Source: an archaeon (GTDB lineage Archaea > Iainarchaeota > Iainarchaeia > Iainarchaeales > 1-14-0-10-31-34). Taken from it: a DNA stretch of 46,233 nt. The number at the start of each line of letters is the position of its first letter. Position 1 is the stretch's first letter. The stretch is from contig JBDRIL010000026.1 of NCBI GenBank assembly GCA_043815885.1, forward strand, positions 1-46,233, given 5' to 3'. The notes beneath the pieces are model-generated. The model had not been told where the DNA came from. It was given only the letters and a program-made list of their open reading frames with translations, and searched no databases. Of the stretch, positions 39,459-46,233 are shown in pieces. Both the position numbers and the translations under genes were made by a program.

Positions 39459-40484
39459 TTGGGAGTAGCTATTGGAGAACTAATTGAAAAAGAAGAAATA
39501 GAACTGGATTTACTGGAAGGAAAGATTGTTGGAATTGATTCCTTTAATATTCTTTATCAATTTCTTTCAAGCATCAGGTCCAGAGAGGGAGAGCCATTAA
39601 TGGACGGAGAGGGAAGGGTCACTTCTCACTTGACTGGATTACTGTACAGGACAAGCAATCTGATTAATCGAGGCATTAAGCCAGTGTTTGTGTTTGACGG
39701 AAAGCCATCAAAATTGAAGGAAGATACAAGAAAGAAGAGAAGAAAGATAAGGACTGAAGCAAAAAGCAAGTATGAGAAAGCCAAAAAAGAAGGAAAGACA
39801 GAGGAAATGAGGAAGTACGCCCGGCAGACTTCTTCTCTGGATGAGGAAATGATTAAGGAAAGCAAGGAGTTGGTTGAATTTATGGGTCTGCCGGTAATAG
39901 AGGCGGCTTCAGATGGAGAGGCACAGATTGCATTCATGGTTGAAAAAGGAGAGCTTTACGGAACAGTAAGCCAGGACTATGATTCACTGTTGTTCGGTTC
40001 ACCAATACTCTTAAGGAATATAACTGTTACCGGAAAGAGAAAGTTGCCTGGAAAGGATGTTTATATAGAGGTTAAGCCAGAACAAATAAAATTAAAAAGC
40101 TTTTTAGAGAAATTAGGAATAAACAGAGAGAAATTGGTCTGGATGGGGGTACTGGTGGGAACTGACTTCAATAAAAAATTTCCAGGCATTGGCCCAAAGA
40201 CTGCATTGAAGTTAGTCCAGGAAAATGATTCATTTGAAGAAATAATAAAGGAAACAAAATTCAAGCCTGACTTTGATTACAGGGAAGTGGAAAAGATTTT
40301 TATGAAGCCGGCATACTCAAATGAATACAGCATTAAATTCAGTGAACCAAAAAGAGACAAGATAATCGAGTTATTGGTTGAAAGGCACGACTTCAATAAG
40401 GAAAGAGTCCAGAGTGTAGTGGATAAGCTGGAGGAAAAGGCAGAAGAAAAAGGAAGCCAGACTTCTATAGGGAAATGGATGTAA
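39459..40484 (+). CDS. fen: Flap endonuclease 1
   Basis: MGV start at TTG 39459, YQFLSSIR, VFDG, DGEAQ, SQDYD, GTDFN, C-terminal PIP box QTSIGKW. Confidence 0.97.
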   Translation: MGVAIGELIEKEEIELDLLEGKIVGIDSFNILYQFLSSIRSREGEPLMDGEGRVTSHLTGLLYRTSNLINRGIKPVFVFDGKPSKLKEDTRKKRRKIRTEAKSKYEKAKKEGKTEEMRKYARQTSSLDEEMIKESKELVEFMGLPVIEAASDGEAQIAFMVEKGELYGTVSQDYDSLLFGSPILLRNITVTGKRKLPGKDVYIEVKPEQIKLKSFLEKLGINREKLVWMGVLVGTDFNKKFPGIGPKTALKLVQENDSFEEIIKETKFKPDFDYREVEKIFMKPAYSNEYSIKFSEPKRDKIIELLVERHDFNKERVQSVVDKLEEKAEEKGSQTSIGKWM

Positions 40485-40485
40485 A

Positions 40486-40513
40486 AAAACTTTTAATAAA
40501 AGTTTTATCAAAA
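40486..40513 (+). repeat. Short hairpin-plus-A-tail repeat
   Basis: aaaactttt-aat-aaaagtttt-atc-aaaa; same layout as copies at 32290-32318 and 32341-32369. Confidence 0.6.
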
Positions 40514-40559
40514 AAACATTGCATACCTTCGGTATACAATAAAAAAGGAGTGATTTAAA

Positions 40560-41876
40560 ATGAATAGAAAAAAGGCAATAATAATGGGGGCTGCAGGAAG
40601 GGATTTCCATGAATTCAATGCATACTTCAGGGACAATGAAGAATTTGAGGTTGTTTGCTTTACTGCAGAACAGATTCCAGGAATAGATGGAAGAACCTAT
40701 CCAAAAGAATTATCAGGAAAACTCTATCCAAAGGGAATTCCAATCTATCCTGAATCAGATCTCCCCAAGCTAATAAAGGAAAAAAAAGTTGATTTGGTGT
40801 TCTTTTCTTATTCCGATGTCTCATTCAATTACTTAATGCAGAGGGCATCAATTGCCTTGGCTGGGGGAGCTACATTTAGCATTAATGGGCCAGGGCAGAT
40901 TCAATTAAAGAGCTCAAAGCCGGTGATTGCAGTCAATGCAACCAGGACAGGCACTGGTAAAAGCCAGACTACAAGATATATTGCAGAAATAATGAAGAAG
41001 AAAGGAAAAAAGATTGTTGTAATAAGGGAACCCATGCCTTATGGTGACTTAGTGAAGCAGGCAGTAATGAGGTTTGGAAAGTACGAGGACTTAGAGAAGA
41101 ATAAATGCACTATTGAGGAAATGGAGGAATACGAGCCACACATAATGAATGGAAACATAGTTTATGCCGGAGTGGACTATGAAAAAATTATCAGGGAAGC
41201 AGAGAAAGAGGCTGAAGTGGTTTTATGGGATGGAGGCAACAATGAATTGAGTTTCTATGAAACAGATGCATTGTTTGTAGTGGCTGACCCTTTCAGGGTA
41301 GGGCATGAACTGAGTTATCATCCCGGAATGAGTAATTTACTGATAGCCGATGCAGTAATAATCAATAAAGTGAATACAGCTGAAAGGAAAAAGGTTGAGG
41401 AATTAAAGGAAAATATAAGAAAGTATAATCCGAATGCAAAAATAATTGAAGCAAACTCTACACTTATAGTGGAAGGAAACGAGGAACTGAAAGGAAAAAA
41501 GGTTTTGTGTGTAGAGGACGGTCCTACTCTAACACACGGAGGAATGAATTTAGGAGCCGCATATATGGCTGCAAAGCAGGCTGGAGCTGAAATCGTTAAC
41601 CCTAAGCCTTTTGCTGTAGGGGAAATAAAGAAGACCTTTGAAAAGTATCCTCACTTGAAGGACGTGCTTCCTGCAATGGGTTACGGAGGCCAACAGGTAA
41701 AGGATTTAGAGGAAACAATAAAGAAGGTTGAATGCGATATAGTTTTGGTGGGGACACCGATTGATTTAAAGAAGATAGTAAAGACTGACAGGAAAATGGT
41801 TCGAGTAAAATACGATTTAGAGGAAGTGAATCCAGGAGAAATAGAGGCAGTGATTGATGAAAAGTTAGAAAGCTAA
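40560..41876 (+). CDS. cDPG-synthetase-like P-loop NTPase (COG2403 type; arginine synthetase ArcE candidate)
   Basis: MGAAGRDFH, RTGTGKSQT, PMPYGDL, WDGGNN, VEDGPTLTHGGM, LPAMGY. Confidence 0.8.
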   Translation: MNRKKAIIMGAAGRDFHEFNAYFRDNEEFEVVCFTAEQIPGIDGRTYPKELSGKLYPKGIPIYPESDLPKLIKEKKVDLVFFSYSDVSFNYLMQRASIALAGGATFSINGPGQIQLKSSKPVIAVNATRTGTGKSQTTRYIAEIMKKKGKKIVVIREPMPYGDLVKQAVMRFGKYEDLEKNKCTIEEMEEYEPHIMNGNIVYAGVDYEKIIREAEKEAEVVLWDGGNNELSFYETDALFVVADPFRVGHELSYHPGMSNLLIADAVIINKVNTAERKKVEELKENIRKYNPNAKIIEANSTLIVEGNEELKGKKVLCVEDGPTLTHGGMNLGAAYMAAKQAGAEIVNPKPFAVGEIKKTFEKYPHLKDVLPAMGYGGQQVKDLEETIKKVECDIVLVGTPIDLKKIVKTDRKMVRVKYDLEEVNPGEIEAVIDEKLES

Positions 41877-41914
41877 GTTAAGCTTAAAAAGAATAAAAGA
41901 GTTATTCTAAAGAA

Positions 41915-43063
41915 ATGAATAAAAAAATCGTTCTGATTTCTTTATTGCTGGCTTTATTATTATTTCAGGGCTGCTTACAGATAATGAAGTCGGCTGAAAA
42001 AACCACTGTTTATGAGTACAGGGCTAATGGAAGTGTTTTAATTAAGGAAATATATGAGGGAAGACTGGAAAATGATACTGAGGAATGGGAGGAAGACTGC
42101 ACTAAACTGTTAAGGGAAAGAATTGATTCCTTTATAAGTGACATGAATTCATCCAGGGGAAGGACTCAGGATAAAGAAAAACTGGCTGAACTGGATAAGG
42201 CGATTGAAGTATCCCAAGGGATAAGGAATAATACTGCCTGCAGGTTAGTGAGAGATAATTTGGATGGAGTGTTTACTCTTTCAATTGAATTCAGTCCAGA
42301 ACTCATTCAAAAGATAAATGATTTAAATGAAGAGGAAGTCAGTAAAGGCGGTTTCTCACTGAGCGTAATTGGAAAAAAATTGAATGATGGTTCAATTGAA
42401 GTCAGAATCCCTGTAAATAAAGAAGAAGGAGGAATATTTGATTTGGCTCCGGATGCTAGAGAGAAAGCCATAAAGATTAAGGTTGAAGGAAACGTAATAG
42501 AGTTGGAACCAAAAGAATACGAGGAAGAGGACGGTTACTATATATTCAGGGATCCAGGGGAATTATATGAGGACGAAATATCCCTGAAGTATGCATTTAA
42601 TCCTTTTGCGGTATTGTTTGGAGGCATTGGAGAAATAGCTTTATTGGTTGGATTGTTGTTTGGAATACTTCTAATAATAATCTTAATCGTGGCAGTGATA
42701 AGCATGAAGAAAAAGCCAGTGAAAAAAGTAGAAATAAAAAGAGGCCATGATTCTACTCCAAAAAAGGAAGAATCAGTTCAGAAACCAGTGGAAGAACTAG
42801 AGGAAGTGACATCAGAAACCGTAAAAAAAGAAAAACAGGAGGAAGAAAAAGCTTCCTCAGAACCCCTTAGTGAAGACGATATGGAATTGCTGAGAGTAAA
42901 GTTAATGGAGTTATTGAGAGAGGAAATGGGTACAACAGAAATAGAGTTAAAAACAATAACAAAAATCAAGGACGCCTATATGGCAAAAGTAATAATAATG
43001 AACAAAATATATTTACTGGAGCTTGACTCAAAACTAAGGATAAAGGACTTCAAAAAAGTCTAA
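41915..43063 (+). CDS. Putative lipoprotein with an additional C-proximal TM helix
   Basis: MNKK-hydrophobic-FQGC lipobox-like N-terminus; second hydrophobic stretch then a charged tail. Confidence 0.7.
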   Translation: MNKKIVLISLLLALLLFQGCLQIMKSAEKTTVYEYRANGSVLIKEIYEGRLENDTEEWEEDCTKLLRERIDSFISDMNSSRGRTQDKEKLAELDKAIEVSQGIRNNTACRLVRDNLDGVFTLSIEFSPELIQKINDLNEEEVSKGGFSLSVIGKKLNDGSIEVRIPVNKEEGGIFDLAPDAREKAIKIKVEGNVIELEPKEYEEEDGYYIFRDPGELYEDEISLKYAFNPFAVLFGGIGEIALLVGLLFGILLIIILIVAVISMKKKPVKKVEIKRGHDSTPKKEESVQKPVEELEEVTSETVKKEKQEEEKASSEPLSEDDMELLRVKLMELLREEMGTTEIELKTITKIKDAYMAKVIIMNKIYLLELDSKLRIKDFKKV

Positions 43064-43722
43064 TTTTTAAGGTAGGCGCCCTTCAATGGAACAAATACAA
43101 AGAATCCCTTCATTGAATCCCTGTTGAATGGCTTATCTTTAATTTTTTCCATTATCATCATCTGCTGGGAGAAGGAGTCTCCTACTGGAGCAACTGCCCT
43201 GCCTTTTTCATTTAATTGTTCAAACAATGGTTTTGGAATGAACGGACAGGCAGCAGAAACAAGTATCCTGTCAAAAAGAGCTTTTTCCTCCAAACCTTTA
43301 CTTCCATCCCCAAGAAATAATTCAATATTCTTGCTTCCGTTTACTTCAAGATTCTTTTTTGCCTGTTCAAATAATTCCTTTACTAATTCAATTCCATACA
43401 CTTTTCCTTTTTCTCCAACTAATTCTTCAAGCAATGCACAGACATAACCGCTTCCTGCTCCTACCTCCAATACCTTCATTCCTTTTTTTACATCCAATAA
43501 TTCCATCATTATTGCAATAGTGGAAGGCTGGCTGATTGTTTGATTGAATCCAATAGGAAAAGCGTTATCAGAGTAAGCTTGCTCTTTCATGTGTTGAGGA
43601 AAAAAGACTTCTCTCTTTAATTTCAGGAAGGCATTCTCTAATTCAATTGATTCAATTGCCCCTGAAGCTTTCATGAAGTACACTAATTGCTTTCTTTTTT
43701 CAGTGAAAGCGTCTTCTTTCAT
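43060..43722 (-). CDS. pcm: Protein-L-isoaspartate O-methyltransferase
   Basis: QTISQP, VLEVGAGSGY, GDGSKG, FVFVPL. Confidence 0.96.
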   Translation of the reverse strand: MKEDAFTEKRKQLVYFMKASGAIESIELENAFLKLKREVFFPQHMKEQAYSDNAFPIGFNQTISQPSTIAIMMELLDVKKGMKVLEVGAGSGYVCALLEELVGEKGKVYGIELVKELFEQAKKNLEVNGSKNIELFLGDGSKGLEEKALFDRILVSAACPFIPKPLFEQLNEKGRAVAPVGDSFSQQMMIMEKIKDKPFNRDSMKGFFVFVPLKGAYLKN

Positions 43723-44648
43723 TTATTTTCCCTCTTCTTTACTTCAGCCATTAATTCCTGTATTTTTTTGTAGGAGTCCAGTTCTTCTTCCTTCATTACA
43801 GCAGTAGAGGCAATATTACTCAAATCAAATTTCTTGGTAATTATCAATGAATGGGTATCCAAGACTGCTTTCGTCTTTTCTAAAACTAACGCTTTTTTCT
43901 TTAATTCTTGTTTTTCCTTTCCCTTGTCTATAATGAGGTATTCTTTCTTGCTTCCGACTGCCTTGAATGGAGAGTGGCTCAATTCAATTAAATCCAATCC
44001 CATTCCATGGATTTTTTCCAATACTTCGTCCCTTATTTTTTCTCCGAATAATTCTTTCTTCTTTTGAAGCTGTGATTTATAGAATTCTTCCAGTAAATTC
44101 TTTTCCAGAATTAAATCAGTCTTCAGGACTTCCTCTAACTTCTTTGCTGTTTCAAGAGAAGTAGAAGCCCCGTGCTCAAACCTATAGAGAGATTCTTTTG
44201 CCAGACCCACTCTTTCAGCCAGTTTTTCAAGTGAGAGCTGAAGTTCCTTTCTCTTATCCCTTAATTTATCTGCATTGATTTCCACTATCCCTCTTCCCTT
44301 AAAGGATTTAACATACGGAGAAAAGGAAGAAAGCATTGAAGTAAAGGTGGAGAAATTCATTACCGGAATGGAATACCTTTCATAAGTCATTCCGTTCTTT
44401 AAAACAAATTTTTTTGTTTTCTCTCCTATAATTAATACCATTGCATTGAATGCATTCCCTACCTTCAATAATTCTTCTGCCTGTTCTGGCCTTACTCCAT
44501 CAATATTGGAATAGACTTTTATTATGAGGCTTAATCCATTTCTCCTTGCAACCAAATCAAAGCATGAATTGGAATCAATAAATGAATTAACAGTAAATCC
44601 GTTTTGTTTCAGAAAAGAAATTACTTTTGCCAGCAGTATTTCTCTCAT
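43719..44648 (-). CDS. Archaeal HTH transcriptional regulator (COG1395 type)
   Basis: SCFDLVARR, IKV..NID, central XRE HTH SLEKLAERVG...YRFE. Confidence 0.85.
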   Translation of the reverse strand: MREILLAKVISFLKQNGFTVNSFIDSNSCFDLVARRNGLSLIIKVYSNIDGVRPEQAEELLKVGNAFNAMVLIIGEKTKKFVLKNGMTYERYSIPVMNFSTFTSMLSSFSPYVKSFKGRGIVEINADKLRDKRKELQLSLEKLAERVGLAKESLYRFEHGASTSLETAKKLEEVLKTDLILEKNLLEEFYKSQLQKKKELFGEKIRDEVLEKIHGMGLDLIELSHSPFKAVGSKKEYLIIDKGKEKQELKKKALVLEKTKAVLDTHSLIITKKFDLSNIASTAVMKEEELDSYKKIQELMAEVKKRENK

Positions 44649-44659
44649 TTCAATTCCTT

Positions 44660-45484
44660 CTACAATAATCCCAAAAGGAATGCAATTAAACCCAAACCCA
44701 TTCCAATCTTGCTGTAGGCTTGGCTTTTCCTGAAATTTCTTCCTTGAAGTAATTTAACTGAATACATTAAGGAAATAACTGCAAGAACCATAAAGAAAAG
44801 ATAAAAGACATTGTTTAATCTATTCCAGTAAAGAGGAATAAACCCGATAATTATTGCCCCCAAATAAAGAATCAGAATAAAGTGATTCAGTACTGGGAAA
44901 GAGATTTTTTGCGGGAGAGTAATTTTTACTCCTTTTTCTGTTTCAAGGTCCTCCATGTCCTTGGTTATTTCCCTTCCTGCATTGGATAGCAATGCAGAAA
45001 AGAATAACACAAGTGGAAGACAGAACCACATTTCAATCAATGCCCCGTAAATTATGGTAAAAGCAACACTGAAAGCAACAATCCAGTTTCCAATGAATTT
45101 ATATTTTCCCAGAAAACCTGAATAAAAAATCAAGAGCAGGGAAAAAATTATTGCTACAATGAATGCAGTGAAGTGAATAAAGTAAGAAATAATTATTCCT
45201 GTTAAGAATAATATAAATGAATAATAAAGGGCATTCATTCTGCTGATATTTCCTTTTACTAATGCCCTTTCTTTTTTTGCTTTCCTGTCTATTGCAAAAT
45301 CAAAGTAATCATTTATTGTCTGGCCTCCGGCACAGACAAAGAATACTGCAAGCATTGCATACATTACAAGAAGGTTACTGAATTGAATTGAACCAATTGC
45401 CAGAGAATAACCAATGAATGCTCCAATTGCTGCAATAAAACAATTCGTTGGACGGATTATGAGAAAGTAATCTTTTAGATTCAT
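44660..45484 (-). CDS. UbiA-family prenyltransferase (DGGGP synthase-like)
   Basis: RPTN, NDYFDFAID, REITKDMEDLE. Confidence 0.88.
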   Translation of the reverse strand: MNLKDYFLIIRPTNCFIAAIGAFIGYSLAIGSIQFSNLLVMYAMLAVFFVCAGGQTINDYFDFAIDRKAKKERALVKGNISRMNALYYSFILFLTGIIISYFIHFTAFIVAIIFSLLLIFYSGFLGKYKFIGNWIVAFSVAFTIIYGALIEMWFCLPLVLFFSALLSNAGREITKDMEDLETEKGVKITLPQKISFPVLNHFILILYLGAIIIGFIPLYWNRLNNVFYLFFMVLAVISLMYSVKLLQGRNFRKSQAYSKIGMGLGLIAFLLGLL

Positions 45485-45485
45485 T

Positions 45486-45650
45486 TTAAACCTTTTTAAC
45501 AGCCTTTCTCTTTAACCTCAATCTCTTTGAACTACATTTCCTGCACTTAGAGGGTTTTTTCCCTGGAGAAGCCTTGTTCTTTGCATTACACTTCATGCAA
45601 ATCCATACATTGCTGAAAATCCTTGCTTCAGCCTGCTCAAATTTAGCCAT
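45486..45650 (-). CDS. rpl40e: 50S ribosomal protein L40e
   Basis: Manual translation MAKFEQAEARIFSNVWICMKCNAKN...KCRKCSSKRLRLK; AGGTGA RBS; below the ORF-track cutoff. Confidence 0.95.
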   Translation of the reverse strand: MAKFEQAEARIFSNVWICMKCNAKNKASPGKKPSKCRKCSSKRLRLKRKAVKKV

Positions 45651-45775
45651 TTTTTTATTTCACCTTAAAAAACAAGTAACACTAAGAATTTATAAACAAT
45701 TATACATAGGATTATTTAATATCTTAAACCTAATTAATTAAAAAGAAATGAGTTTAATATTCTTTCTATAGCAAT

Positions 45776-45925
45776 GCTCCGATAGTGTAGCCGGTTAAGC
45801 ATTCAGGCCTTTCACCGCCCTTTTCTTTTAGAAAAAGAAAAGTGCAGGTTGCCCAAAAGAAAAAGGGATTATTTATTATCCGCGGAAGATAGCCTGTGAC
45901 CCGGGTTCGAATCCCGGTCGGAGCA
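45776..45925 (+). tRNA. tRNA-Glu(TTC) with 76-nt intron at 37/38 (45815-45890)
   Basis: GCTCCGA/TCGGAGC acceptor, CAGGC-CTTTCA|A-GCCTG, GGTTCGAATCC, BHB helix CTTT/GAAG. Confidence 0.94.
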
Positions 45926-45987
45926 TTCAACCTCCAGTTAAAAAGCACCCAAAACTCTTAAAAAGAAAAGAAAAAGGGTGTTTTGGT

Positions 45988-46233
45988 ATGACTGGAGAAA
46001 TTAATTCTTTTCACAATTTCCAAAAAATCCATGAAAATTTAGTGAAAAGGTATCAGGAAGACGAAACTATTTCTAAAGAAAACAAGGCACTACTAAATAA
46101 ATACCTTCAATCCCTCTACAACGATGACATAAAGCTTTCAAGAGTAAATAAAGTATTCTATCAAACCTATTTCTTAACCAAAAAAATCAATAAGGACTGG
46201 AGTAAAGTAACAAGAGAAGACTTAGAAAACCTG
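45988..46233 (+). CDS. Probable tyrosine recombinase/integrase, N-terminal part (runs off the window edge)
   Basis: Open to the window end: ISKENKALLNKYL...LSRVNK...KDWSKVTREDLENL, resembling the N-terminal domain of archaeal tRNA-targeting integrases; starts 62 nt after tRNA-Glu; catalytic domain not visible. Confidence 0.65.
   Translation, partial: MTGEINSFHNFQKIHENLVKRYQEDETISKENKALLNKYLQSLYNDDIKLSRVNKVFYQTYFLTKKINKDWSKVTREDLENL

Overview
AT-rich archaeal chromosomal segment, most consistent with a DPANN lineage such as Diapherotrites/Iainarchaeota (inference from the archaeal information genes plus bacterial-type salvage genes). It carries housekeeping genes (tfb partial, rps8e, rpl40e, histone, hef, fen1, MBF1, cysS, tyrS), purine, NAD and thiamine genes, an oxidative-stress cluster, two very similar ftsZ paralogues, a MazEF-type toxin-antitoxin pair, four intron-containing tRNAs, and the start of a probable integrase gene right after tRNA-Glu. 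Two signals stand out. (1) A four-gene operon in which an MscS-type channel is fused to a C39-like cysteine peptidase with an intact catalytic set, followed by three RimK-like ATP-grasp genes, one apparently catalytically dead. (2) All four tRNA introns (Leu-CAA, Ser-GCT, Asn-GTT, Glu-TTC) contain the same element: a pyrimidine/purine hairpin followed by a mirror-image purine tail that co-varies with the stem (triplex-like geometry), with shorter relatives in intergenic DNA. Also noted: seven Lys/Arg-rich orphan ORFs wedged among housekeeping genes (one split at a C10 run), patchy DNA identity between the ftsZ copies, and a structured intergenic region upstream of fen1. All calls come from reading motifs by eye; no searches were run.
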